The notes under the pieces are model-generated. The model saw only the letters and a list, made by a program, of their open reading frames with translations. It was not told the DNA's origin and did not search any database. Positions 25,525 through 38,559 of a DNA stretch of 64,000 nt are shown one piece after another. A program made the position numbers and the translations under genes. Origin of the DNA: Vicugna vicugna (lineage: Eukaryota); contig MU058844.1 in assembly GCA_013265495.1 (NCBI GenBank), forward strand, positions 1,963,520 through 2,027,519, in the 5' to 3' direction. Every line of letters starts with the position of its first letter. Position 1 is the first letter of the stretch.

Positions 25525-25760
25525 GCAATAGCATTTAAGGGAAAAAACTGTTGACTTCAGAATCACATTGACCTGAGGATGAACCTTGGTTTATCGCTTG
25601 CTGGAGGGTTTGGGGCAGATAATCCAATCTTCCTGATTTTATCTCCCTGCTCTTAAACAGGCTTGGTGAATCCTAGCTCAGAGGCTGGTGTGAGCACTAC
25701 ATGTAAATTTTATGTGTGAAATGTACATGGTAGGTTGTTAACAAATTTGTGTCTTTTCAT
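25525..25760 (+). mobile_element. MIR SINE (degenerate)
   Basis: 'cagaatcacattgacctgaggatgaaccttgg...ttggggcagataatccaatcttcctga'. Confidence 0.5.
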
Positions 25761-28700
25761 TTGTCCCAATCTACAAAGTTGACAATTTCAGAGACAAGAC
25801 TATGGGAAATACTTTTTAGCTAAGAAGCTTCACTCACGTAAGGGTTGCCTGGGTTTTTGGCTGCTCTTTGCCTAGCTGACTTCAGTTTTCCTCAAATTAT
25901 GCTAAACCCTAAGGAATCAAGATGAAGGATAAAGTATCTATAAGCCACATTTTGCAGACTTTGTGATTCAAAATCAGTTGAATTGATATTTATTTCTTAT
26001 AAAATATATCTCGAATATATTCACCATTTGCCTCTGATTAGAAAGTAGACTCTAATTTTTGCTTATTTTTTAGTTTTTTCTCTAGGAGTTTCAATTTATG
26101 TTAGATCTTTTAGTTTATATTAGATATTTCTTAAATGTTTTTTTTTTTTCTCCTGTGTACCATGTAGTTAGGGATACGTTCATGGTAATGAAAAATATTT
26201 AGAGACATATACTTTTTCTTTCTTTTTTTAACATTTCTGTTCCATATACTCACAATGGTCTTTCAGCTGGGTTTTGGTCAGCATGATTTATAGTTGCAAA
26301 CACTTTATAGAAAACTGAAATTGTCCCTGTGCCTGGAAAATGTGTGTGTTCTTTAAGACAATGGAAAAGAAAAGCACCTTTAGTGCACACTAAGATCCTC
26401 TTCTGGAATCCTGAAAGTCAAGAGTCATTAAACCAGGATTATCTTGCAATTTATACCTCACAGGGGAATGTTTCTACTTCTGGGAAATGCATAATATTCT
26501 TAAAATCCCATAGGATTTGGGGGGTTGGGAGGAGCAAATAGCCCTCCAAAACCAATCAAGATCTGTGATGACTTACTTCCTTTAGGTTTATTACTGCTCC
26601 CCAGTCTCTTCTAGGCCACTGATTAAATAATGTATTACTAAATTCAGGGGCTTTTAAAAATATTGATCAGTTAATAGTAAAGCATACCTCAGGCTTTGAG
26701 TACAATATGGTTCTCGAGACTGTCTATAACTCAGTTATGTGACAATTTGAAGATATGATAAAAAATCTAATAATGCATGGGAGGTTGGTGCACTGGGAAA
26801 TACCCAGAAATGGGATAAAGAAAAAAAAAAGGCACATGTGAAAGGAAGAGACGACACAGAGATTTAAAATAATGCTAGTGGAACAATCAGAAAAAAGAAA
26901 TATTTGGTGAAACTGTGGACAAGGGAAAATAACCATAACAACAACAGAAGCATTATATAAAACTCACTGCAGCATTTCATACAGTGTTCAGATGCAACTT
27001 TTGATTGCAACGTAAAGAAATAATCTATGCTTAAATCACTGCTAAAACAGAAGAAAAGGAGAAAAATATTTTTTAAAATTTATACTCATGCCAGTAAGGC
27101 ACGGTTAAAAGTTCATTCCAATTCTGTGAAATGTCACTATTGCTGACACAATTTCAATGCTTTGTGACTTTTACCAGCTTAACTTCAGGCAGCTCTCAAA
27201 AACCTACAAATGTTTCCAACTCCAGTGTTTATTGGTCCTTTTGTAATATAAATAGATAGTGGAGAAATTGGCCTTGAGGTATATATAATGATAGAAATAT
27301 TCTATACTATGGAAGGAAGGTACTCTTTTTCTTGATCCATAAATTCCCTGAAAGACCTGAATTATCTGCAATAAGAAAGTAGAGAAAATGCTTGGGCATG
27401 CAGAATCCAAAGTAACTGTTTTTCATAAGGAAATTTTTATCATTGCAACTTGATGGATGAGAAGACTATTCTAGGTATTTTGTTGTTATATTCAGGAGGC
27501 TGAATTCTAACTGAATTACATTTATTTAAAGATCATGGTGAAATGACTTTATTTTTATTTTGTGTGTTTAGTCACATGATTCAGTATCTCAGCTATACCT
27601 TCTAAGTGAAGCTAATACAAACACTCACCCCTTTTAATGTAGAATGGTAAGTGCCAAGTTGACAGGAAGGATGTGTATTAATGGTCTTTTACTGTCTGTC
27701 TGCATGAGGAATCCCCAGTGGTTTTTTTTGTTGTTGCTGTTGTTAATGAATTTATCCCCATAATGTACTTTGAATCCACTCTTTTGTTATTATAAATGCC
27801 TTAAATGGAAGGTGTCCTAGAGCAAGGTGTTCTTCGCAAAAACAAGAACAATAACAACAACAAAACAAAAACAAAAAAAAAACAAACCAAAAGAAACTCA
27901 TCCATGTGATTAATCGTATCCACTCCTTTATTTTGCTGGCTTTATCTCTCAAACTAGATTTGCCTTGCTTCCCCTAATTTCTTCTTGAGCTTCTCTTTTT
28001 CTCTGAAAACTCATTACCAAGAGGAAGAGATATTAAAAGAAGAAAGGTCAATGTTGCTTATCCTGGAATTGATCTAAATTGAATTGCACCATAGGTTAAG
28101 GCCCACACACAACCAATGAACTGTTTGATGTGTCACAAAGACAGAGCAGAGGAAATCTGGTTTTTCAGTTTGGTAAAAACCTAATGTTACCAAAATAATG
28201 TTTATAAATTGTCAGATCATCTTTGCAAATGCCGACTGCTTTGCATACAGACTTCTCCTTTATTTAGCCAATATAAATAACTTGCATGACATGTTTTTTT
28301 TTTCCTCTTTTCCTTGAAAAACACCAAGAGCAAAATTATCACAAGAGTTCTTATAAACAGAGAAAAACTAAACGTATATTGTAGAGGACACTTCCTTTGT
28401 AAGAAGGAAATTCTTGATAATGATTTTTACCACTTAGGTTTTATAGTAAATTAATGGAAGTAATTATGTAGAAATTTTATTTTTCTATTTATTCTTGCAA
28501 TAACAAATATTGCCAAGAATTCTACACTGGCTCCCAGAAAAATTTTTTCAAATATACAGCTTTTCTCTATCTTTCTTCTGTTGAAATTCAGCTCCTTCCT
28601 TTTATCTTTCTTATATTTTTCAGCAGATGATGGGAATTTGAAATAGAACCCCTCTTGAAATTTTATGAATTGAATCTGAACAGATCAGAGCTCAGTTCTA

Positions 28701-29029
28701 TCAGCTGCACCTGTCACATTGCCTTTCCGAAATGGACATGTCCTCATAGACATCAAAAAACAAAAAGGAAAAAGCCTGTGGCAAGTAAAAAGGAATTTTT
28801 CCTGTGGTATTAAGTATATCCAAAGGTTAAAGACATGTTGAAATTCATAAAATATATGTGAAAAGCAACTGATGACAGGAACTTGACAGAATCAGAATTT
28901 TTAAAATAATTTATTCTGCAAGGAAGTTATTGAATGCAAAGAGAGACAAGGTAAATTTGATGGGAGTAGGAGGCTAAGGGATCCCTACGCTAAGTCGAAT
29001 TTTTGTCGTGCTGTACTCCGGCTGACACT

Positions 29030-29375
29030 GGCCAGGTTGCTATTTCTTGAATATGCCCAAACATGCCACTGCTTGGGGTTTGGGGCATTTCCTATTCTCC
29101 ATATCTGGAATTCTTCTCTCAGATAGTCACATGGTCCACTCCATCAGTTCATTTGGGTATCTATTCAAATGTTACTTATTGGAGATAAATTTTCTATCCT
29201 CTTATTTAAATAAATAGCACATCCCTGTCAATCTCTAACTTTCTTCTTTGCTTATCTTCTCTTCTTAGTATCTATAACCACCTAATATATAATTTGTTCT
29301 CAGCTATTTTCGCCAATGCCTACGACAGTGTGTGGAACTCTATGGAGGTTCAATTTATACATATTGAATAGAGAA
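29030..29375 (+). mobile_element. L2 3' end
   Basis: 'tgctatttcttgaatatgccc...ctattcaaatgttac...aatgcctacgacagtgtgtggaac...atattgaata'. Confidence 0.65.
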
Positions 29376-29469
29376 ATAATTTAAAAAATTACGTCTGTCA
29401 TCCAGTGAAATCTTTTCAGTGTACCTGAAATATTATGATATATTCTGAGATATCGGAATGAGCTAACGC

Positions 29470-30182
29470 TGCACGTACTGGAATAGCTAAAACTTTACAA
29501 AAACCTGTTATACTAAGTGTTGCCAAAGTTGTTAGGGAATTAGAACTGTTACACACTCTTGTGAAGGATGAGAAATGGTACAAACATTTATAGTTTGGCT
29601 GTTTCTTAAAGAGTTAAACATAAACTCAGCTATTTCACTCCCAGTTATTTACTCAAGAGAAAGAAAAGCGTATGTTCTTATAAAAACTTTTACATGAATG
29701 TAAATATCAGCTCTATTTGTAATAGTTAAAAATTGCAAACAATCTGAATGTTCATCAGCAGATGAATGGATAAACAAACTGCTGTATATTTATAAAATAG
29801 AGTACTAGTTAGTCACTAATAGTAATTTATCCTACAACATGGATGTAAATGTCAAAAAATTATGTTAAGTAAAAGAAGCTCTGTAAAATAGAATACAATA
29901 TACGGTACTATTTAGTCTAGCAAATGAAAATTAACATACAGTGGTAGAAAGCAGCTAGATAAGTGGCTGCCTTCTTTGGGAGGAGGGAGAGGAGAGACAG
30001 GAGTGAGGGATTACAAAGGGGCAGGAGGAAACTTTTAGAGGTGATTTTGTTCAATGTCTCAATTGTGGTGATGGCTTCCTGGAGATATATATATATGTGT
30101 GTTAAAGCATCACATTTTGCACAACAAATGTGTGCAATTATTTTATGTCAGTTATGTCTCAATGATTCTTAAAAAAAAAAAA
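29470..30182 (+). mobile_element. Old L1 (L1ME-like) 3' end with A-rich tail
   Basis: 'aaatggtacaaac...gagttaaacataaac...gatgaatggataaacaaactg...gtcagttatgtctcaatga' followed by poly(A). Confidence 0.85.
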
Positions 30183-31399
30183 GCACTATAAAGACCATCA
30201 TCCACGTACCTCAATCTTTTGCTCTAGGCTACCTCATAGGTGTCACTGGTTATGCAGATTGGTTGACGTTGGGTCAAGGGCTCACTGTTGGATTCATCAG
30301 CTCTGGGTAGAATGTGGAGATGTGGCATCTGTCTGCTGTCATCCTAAAGATGTTCTGTTTAAGGAATTACTTCAGGTTAAGGGCTGCAGGCATTCTGAAA
30401 CTTGGCCTGTTTAGCACACAATCTAACGTAAAGGAAAATGCAAATATCACCAAGAATAGATATAAAATTAGGTAAGATTGAAACATTTCTTACCAGTCAT
30501 TGCCCCTCAGGCTGGTTTACAGGTCCAGTTTAGTAGCGACCCCGTTAAACTTCTCTAGCACTTCCATTTATTCTGGTAATTTCAAATTTCACAATCCACA
30601 TTCCTAAGAAGTTGTTGTTACTGAGACTTTTGACTTTGGTTTGAAATACAGCACTACACTCTACCAGCCATCTTGTTTTACCACATGTCTTTGACAGCTA
30701 TTTAAGGCTATTAATATTGAATTAATGTTCAAGGAAGTTTACAGTTACTAGGGGAAAGAGAATATTAAGTTAACCACAAACCTTCTTAGCATTGGGTCAG
30801 CAAAGAGATGCTTATGTTTTATTGCTAATTAAAACTCAGATTTCATTTTTCCCTGTCTCACACAATCTAGTTTTCCTTTCTTAAAAAGGCTACTCAGATG
30901 AATAATTATATACTTACCATCCCAAGATGTTTAGTGGACAGATTTTAAGAAGGCATTAGGACAGTTTCACAAGAGGAGATTAAGGGTTGAATGAATCACA
31001 TAGTAGGAAGTGTTCATTATTCCTTTAATATGTATTCATCAAGCATTTCCTATGTGTTAGGCATCATGTTGGAACTGGATGAACAATAGTGAGCAAAAAT
31101 TGATCTGTTTTTTTTTTCTCTCTCAAATAGCTTATAGTGCAGGGAATGCAGTCAGTTAGATGTATACTTTATCCCAAACTCCAACTCCTGGTTCTTTATC
31201 TCTCATTCCCACACAAATCATCTTAATTCAGTTAATTCATACTTATATTCATGAGGTTATGGAGCAGCTAGGATGAGAGGATTTTATACAATATCTTCTG
31301 AGAAGATAAGCCTTTCTCCTCATCTTCCTCTTTACCTCCCTCTTCCTCTTCCTTCTTGTCTTCTCTGTCTTCATCCCTCTTCTTTGACCATTTTCAATT

Positions 31400-32900
31400 T
31401 TTAATTTTTAAATAATTTCAGATGCCTCCTAAATTTGCAAAATTTGTGCAGAGGAGTCTCACATATCACAACCCAGATTTCCCAACTTTTTACCACCATT
31501 GCTTTCTCTCTCTCTCTCTGTCTCTTTGTGGGTATGGCTATGGATATAGACAGAAATGTACATAAAAATGTAGCTATATCTCATTTTTTTCTGAAATGTT
31601 TCAGAGTAAGTTGCAGACATGACACCTGTACATCTAAATACATTAGTATACATTTTCAGCTACTTAACTACATGTCTATGAATGCAATCAAGAAACTAAA
31701 AATTCCATCATATATATAGTATGTATATATATATAAGAATATTATTTAGCCATTAAAAACAAATAATTTCTGCCATTTACAACAACATGGATGGACCTTG
31801 AAGGCATTATGCTTAGTGAAACAAGTCAGACAGAGAAAGACAAACACTATATGATCTCACTTATATGTACTATCTAATTAAAACAGAGAAAGAATTCAGA
31901 TTTGTGGTTACCAGAGCTGAGGGGGGGGGAGGAATTGGAGAAAGGTGGTCAAAAGGTACACATTTCCAGTCATAAGATAAATAAGTACTAGGGATGGAAC
32001 GTACAACATGACTATCCTTAATACTGCTGTATGAGGCATAGGAAAGTTGTTAAGAGAGTAAATCCTGAAAGTTCATATCATGAGAATTTTTTTCTTTCTT
32101 TTTTATTGTATCTATATGAGATGGTAGATGTTAACTAAACCTACTGTGGTAACTATTTCACAGTATGTGTAAATCAAACCATCAAGCTGTATACTTTAAA
32201 TGTATACACTGATGTATGTTCATTATTTCTCAATAAAACTGAAAAAAAATTAAAAAGAAACTAAAAATAATACTAGTATCTAATTTATAAGCCACATTCA
32301 AATTCAGCCATCTGTACCACTAACACAACTATTGTTCTTAATCAGACCAGGATCACATGCTGTGTATAGTTGTCATGTCTCTTTATGTCCCTTTAATCTA
32401 AAGCAGATCCTCATTTTTTTTTTTTTGGTCCTTCAGGACTTAGACATTTTTGAAGAATATCAGACAATTATTTTGTAAAATGTTCCTCTGTTTGGGTTTG
32501 TCTAATGTTTCCTTATCGTTAGATTTAAGTTAGGAATTTTTGGAAGGAAAATCACAGGAATGATGTCTTTCTCAGTGTATCATGATGTACCATTACTAGG
32601 ATAGTAATTTAACTTTGTCCCATGTGATAAATGTGGTACCTGCCAACTTTCTTAAATGTAAAGTTACAATTTTTCATTTTGTAATTAATAACTATCTAAT
32701 TGAGAGCTACTTTGAGATTATATAACCATCCTGCTTCTCACTATACCTTTATCTACAAATCCATTGATGATACCTGATGTGATTATTACTAGGATACTAG
32801 GGTGGTTTCCAAATAGTGATTTTCTATTTCTATCATTTCTTACACCTTTTAAAGTTGAAATTCTGTTTAGGAAGAGCTATCTGTTCTCCCCGGGTAAACT
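31400..32900 (-). mobile_element. Old L1 (L1MC4/5-like) 3' region, host of a nested L1
   Basis: 'agagtaagttgcagacatgac', 'tagttgtcatgtctctttatgtccctttaatct' and 'tttgggtttgtctaatgtttcc' occur on both sides of the nested insert. Confidence 0.75.
31704..32254 (+). mobile_element. 5'-truncated L1 (L1MC1-like 3' end) with a perfect 14-bp TSD
   Basis: 'acaacatggatggaccttgaaggcattatgc...gttaagagagtaaatcctg...caataaaactgaaaaaaaa'. TSD aagaaactaaaaat at 31690-31703 and 32255-32268. Confidence 0.92.
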
Positions 32901-33714
32901 TCATTTCTGAGTCCTCACCATCTGTTTACCCATCTATCTATCCATCTATCTCTCTGTTTACTTTTTATCCATCTATTGCATCATTATACGTAGTACCAAA
33001 GAGCGTCATGGTACAGACCTATTTTATTTTTCTTACTTAACCGAGTTTCCATGGAAAACTCAGTGATGGCCCTACTCACAATATTATCTCTCTAAGGATA
33101 ACTAAGTATTCATGAGGTCTTTAAAAATTACTGGGTTTTTTTTTCAAGGATTACATCAGAAAGCAGGATAAAAGTCCATTCTTTAAAATCCGTTGGAGCC
33201 TTGTCCATAAGGGAGAGATTGATACTTTCCAAAGTGACTTCACATCATCAGATGAATCCAGGTATATTCATGAACATGCATTTAGACTATCTCCTAGTCT
33301 CCTTGTCAAAAGAGAATCCATGGTTGGATTTTAGACTGAAAGCGTAAGGTTTGACTGCTGTAAATTTGATGTTTCTCTCAAATTTACTGAGTGTCTGATG
33401 CAAGTCCCATGCTTTACACTTACTTGAAAGATTAAGACTTCTTGCATCTTCTCGTGATATCCCTGACATCCGTCCATGGTCTGATCTGATTTGAACTTCC
33501 CAAATTTGAGATTTTAGTGACAGTGTGCCATGGTAGCAAGGTACAGATTGGGAACTCAAAAGATTACATGTGAAATCAACTAAGTGAATTTAACCTAAGC
33601 ACATGGCAACACATTTCAGAAATACAAGCACTAATAAACTTTTATTTGAAACTGTAGAAAAGGCACAGGTTTTAATTTTATAATACAAAAATTGTGGAAT
33701 AAAAATATAATCAG

Positions 33715-33940
33715 AGATGTCATTTATTCAATGCCTAATATGCCCAGTGCTTTACATATACTATTTGAAAGTCTAATAAAACCCTACAAAGTCCATGTTA
33801 ATATTCCAATTTTTTAAATCTTCAGCAGGGGTTTTGGAGAGTCTGTGTAATTGAACTTAGTTCAAAGCTAACAAGTAGAAGACCTGGAATTCAAATCTAA
33901 GTCTGTCTTAATTAAAAAGGCATGTTTTCTCTCTTCATTT
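33715..33940 (-). mobile_element. MIR SINE
   Basis: 'catttattcaatgcctaatatgccc...aaccctacaaag...ctggaattcaaatctaagtctgtct'. Confidence 0.6.
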
Positions 33941-36042
33941 CAGAGATGATATACCTGTTACCAGTAATACATATACAGAGGAATAAACAGATATAGTCTA
34001 CAAAATCAGTAAGAGTAAATGCTGATGAGACTGTGGGGCAGAAAAAGAAAATTCTCTTATTTTTAGATGCAGCAGAATATTCAAGTTGAAAGTTTATTTG
34101 ACTTGGCTTTGCTTATTTTGTTCCACTTATCTCTTTCCTTCTCCATAATATTAGTATATTTAAAGACCTGCACATATGCTCAAACATGTATTATTTAAAA
34201 CCTTTAAAACCTGAGACATAATGATAGCAATGATATTTATCCTCATGATGATATATAACTGGACTGAGCTTTGAGCTCCCATTTCTGTAACTGTAAGTTG
34301 AACTTTCTAGATTGAATTTTCTGTTTTAACAGCAGGTGGTGGTACTGGGTTATTCTGTTAAGTGTAAGTACTTAATTATAGATATTGCTATATTAATGAA
34401 AGTAATATGTAATACATACTTTGTATTGCCATTTACATCATACTGCTAAGATTTACTTTATAAAATAATATACATGATGAAATCTTATATTACATGAAAG
34501 CTATTGCATATACATAAATCCTTTAGAAGAAAGAAAATGATTGTATACATACAAAACATATTATTTAAATCATTTAAGTAGATCAGTATCTCATATAATC
34601 ATTTAAATGATTTTTAACTTTTTTGTTAATAAATATGATTTACTATTGGTGATTCAATATTTGTACTCTAAATTTGTAATTATTATAAAAATAATAGTGC
34701 TAAATGATAAAGACTAAAGAAATCCTTTTCATTTAGTAAAAGAATGGATGGAAAAATGATACTTTTTCTCACTCTTTCAATTAATTTCCAGTAGGGTACA
34801 ATGATTACCTTTAATCACTTTCAACCAACCCTATAATGCACTCCATACTTCCTGTTACTCACCAATCTATATTCTCATTCCATTATATTTAGTATCTTTA
34901 AATAATCTATTTTGAGTCTTGGCTACATTTCAATTCTTCATTAGTTATTAGCGAAGCTTAAAGAGATTGGTATTTTCCACTCTTCTGTCTGACACTGGAT
35001 TTGGTTGAATGGTGGGAAGGAGATAAGGAAAAATGAGAGTACTGTGCTTTTTAAAAAACCATTGCTCTTACTGGTGATATTATATTTGAATGTTGTGGTT
35101 CACCATGCCCTGATGATAATTATGATGTTAAACCATTTAAGCCAGTCTCTCCAAGGTCCCCAATCACACAATGCAAAGGTAATATTTATAATCTTGAATG
35201 ATTCATGGACAGTATTAGGCAGCAGATGGCATCTCTAAAGATTTTAATGACTGTTTTGCAGTGCCTGCTTTATGGCAGATGGAATGGAGGAGTGGAGAGG
35301 CAGGGGGCTGGGAACTGTTGGAATGAGGTAGAATCAGGTGGTTGGCAGGAATCAGGGGTCCTGTGGAAGGAAAAGAGGTTAAAATAGAGACAGGAATTGA
35401 AGAGAAATATGGTCAGTTAGCAATAGAACTAAAAGTGCTGTACAGCAGAGTCTGTGAAGTGGAGATGCGAGGACCATTTACATTTTATTTTAGGGCTAAT
35501 CTATACCACTTCAACATTTTTATGGTGGCCACTCTGAAAGTGAAACTGGGGTTTGGGGTTGAAGAGATTACCAAAGTGTTCCAAATGATCAGCTGTGTCT
35601 ATGGCAGAGGTGACATGAGTAGAAGCAGTACCTCCAAATGTGTGCTCAAAGGGCTACTTTGGAAGAGGCTGCTTAAAACCTGAGCCTTCTATCCGCTCCC
35701 TAGCATCTTGCAGTTGTCATCATTTCCAGATAGGAAGCCACCCAACAGAGTGGCAAAAATTTCAGCTGATTTCAAAATGAAGAATGTCACTAGCAGACAA
35801 ATTTTAAGGCTCCTTTCAATTTTAAAATTCTTGGCTTATATTTGATTTTCAACATGTGATCCAAAGACTAGCAGACTTAGTTGGGATGCATGTATATAGG
35901 TTTTATGTATACACATACACAAATATATCATATAAAATACGATATATGGTATATGATCATTCATTATGTACACAAATATACTACATGTGCATCATATATG
36001 TAATAAATACATATATGCAATATATATTATGCAGTTTATATG

Positions 36043-36510
36043 CAGATGGTCTTCAACTTACGATAGTCCAGCTTAATGACTTCTTAGCTTATGATTGTAT
36101 GAAAATGATATGCATTTAGTAGAAACCATCCCTTTGAATTTTGAATTTTGGCCCTTTTCTGGGCTAAGACATGTGGCAAGGTACTCTTGTGATGCTGGGT
36201 AGAGGCAGTGAGCCACAGCTCCCAGTCAGGCACAACCTGTAATATGCTTACAACCATTCTGTATGCAGACAACCATTGCTTTTCACTCTCAGTACAGTAG
36301 TCAATGAATTTCATGAGATAGTCAACACTTTATTCTAAAATTAGCTTTGTGTTAGATGATCTTGTCCAACTGCAGGCTAATGTAAGTGTTCTGAGCACAG
36401 TTGAGGTAGTCTAGGCTAAACTTTGATGTTTGGTAGGTTAGGTGTATTAAGTACGTTTTTGATTTAGGATATTTTCCGTTGGGAACCCATCGTAAGTTGA
36501 GGAAGATCTG
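36043..36510. mobile_element. MER47/Tigger5-family TcMar DNA transposon
   Basis: TIRs cagatggtcttcaacttacgat and atcgtaagttgaggaagatctg, followed by TA; internal 'ggctaatgtaagtgttctgagcac...ggtaggttaggtgtattaa'. Confidence 0.9.
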
Positions 36511-37059
36511 TATTCTTAAAGTTGCAAACTATACTACTGAAATAGAAGTTCTGGCAGGTGGCAACTTTGGAATTACATTTAAACAACTTTCTCCAGATAA
36601 CTATTATGCATAGTATAGTTGAGAACCTCTGATTTTGATATTCTAATGATAGTTGCTAAAAGTAGTAGCTTCATTATATTATAGGGAAAACAAAACAAAA
36701 CAAAAAGAAGTAGCACAGGTCTAGTAGAGACAAATCAAGTTTCTGTGGCTTGAAACCTATACCCTCTTTAAGGAATAAAAGAAAACAATTAGAAATTAAA
36801 AATTAGACACAGTGTCTTCAGAGTAAATCAACTTCTGAAGCTTAAGCATTGAGGCCAGCTTCACTTTTTATCACCCTGGACATGTTTCTGGGCCTTTCTG
36901 AGTTGAGAATAATAATCTCATGGGATTGTCAAGATCAAAAAAGCAAACAGCCCTTCATAGAAAGTGAAACACCCCACAGCTATGGAGGATATCATCCTCT
37001 TCGAAGACCTCCTGTCACCTAGTTCATATGCAAGGGTGTGAAGCCAATAGATTGTGAGA

Positions 37060-37204
37060 CACTGAGTAGGACAAGTATGCACACTTGTATCCCCTGTTCT
37101 ACTCTTCTGGAGAAATCCAACACTCCTACACACTCAGCCCTTAGTGAGTATTTGCTGAATAAATAACTGACTGAATGATGAATAAATGAGTGGGTGAGTG
37201 AATA
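37060..37204 (+). mobile_element. L2 3' terminus
   Basis: 'gagtatttgctgaataaataactgactgaatgatgaataaatgagtg' tail. Confidence 0.55.
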
Positions 37205-37554
37205 CAAGAAAGGAAAGGCTCATGGTCCACCTGCTGCTGTCATAAAGTATGATTGGGAAGAATCTCAGAGGTGACTTGTTCTTTGGAGGATTCTAAATTG
37301 GTTAAGTTTATGCCGAGATGAACGTGATTAATTCAGTTGAATGGAATTTGCCTGTAAGGATCTCCAGTACAAATAACCTTTTTTCAAAGCTTCGGAAGGA
37401 AGGAGCCTGTGTTTGCAAGAAGCAACAAGAAAGCTTTTCCAAAAAGCATTTTTTTCATTTTCATTCCAACATTAGTGTACCAATGGTATTTATTCACCTT
37501 GTATACCAGGGTGGCTTCACTGAAAAATATTTGGGCTTTTAAAATAGGCAAAAT

Positions 37555-37770
37555 TAATATTTACTAAGTGTCCCCTGTGGAAAAAGCACAGGAAATTACA
37601 CTAAATCCATACCATAACCCATGAAATCAGGTTTTTCTTACTGGAAAATTGGGGCTTCAGGAGCTTAATAATTGCCAAACATCACAAGATCTTGGATATT
37701 ATACAAGATATTACAAATAAGTTTCAAACCCCAAACTCTCTGATTTAATACCCATGGTCTTCTACTCTAT
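37555..37770 (-). mobile_element. MIR SINE
   Basis: 'catttactaag'-like start, 'ataaccccatgaaatcagg...ggaaaattggggcttcaggagcttaataattgccaaacatcac'. Confidence 0.55.
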
Positions 37771-38532
37771 AATTTTAAGTAACAAAATATTGGTTTTTTC
37801 AATTTTTAAAAGTATGAATAGACAGAGAGCTCCTCTATTTTAATCATTTCCTTGTTGAGAAATAATTTTTAATTATATGTATTAATTTTATAACATTTTC
37901 TATTGGGGTCATAAAAGGCTATACATTTCCTGGTGAAGGTCCCCAAACTGTGGCTAAATCCCACCATCCCTACATACAATGTGGCAAAATTGTATGAGGA
38001 ACTCAAGTTACACACATATACACATACAAAATACACTCCATACGCACTGTAGACACACACATGCATACATATATATGTGCAAATCTATGAATCTCTATGT
38101 GTATATACATATGTACATATATATACTTTTTATTTTCTTGAAAACAGAATTTTAAAAAGAAATTTTTAACACGATGTTTGAATGCATGCTTACTTGAGTA
38201 CTGAGATATATGTGGGTTAAAGTACATGAAAATTAACTACAAAATAGACCAGTTTGTAAGGTGGGGTGAAAACAGTCAGGAACATTATGGATACATGGGT
38301 TGAATGTTCAGTCCATGCTTTTGCCTTATTGCTGTGTCTTCTATGAATTTTAATTAAACATATCAGAAGAAATAAGAATTTGATGGAAGCTACAGTTCAG
38401 CAAAAATAAATTAATCAATAATTACAGGCAGCTTTTTCTTATTTTATTTAGGGCACCATTATAGCCTTGCAGTCCTAAAGAACACTACCTTAGACTTGCT
38501 TATATAAGCAAATGTGTCTTGTTTTGTGTGCT

Positions 38533-38559
38533 TGTGTGTGTGTGTGTGTGTGTGTGTGT
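38533..38559. repeat. (TG)n microsatellite
   Basis: Perfect dinucleotide run. Confidence 0.95.

Noticed and set aside
27572..27646. 75-nt segment with a good acceptor and ATG|GTAAGT donor
   Set aside because: Stop codons in all three frames; most likely a pseudo-exon.
27721..27890. Complementary (GTT)n-like and (AAC)n-like tracts forming a possible stem
   Set aside because: Both are low-complexity simple repeats, so complementarity is uninformative.
34597..34612. 16-bp perfect palindrome aatcatttaaatgatt
   Set aside because: AT-rich 8-bp arms in a very AT-rich region; chance level.
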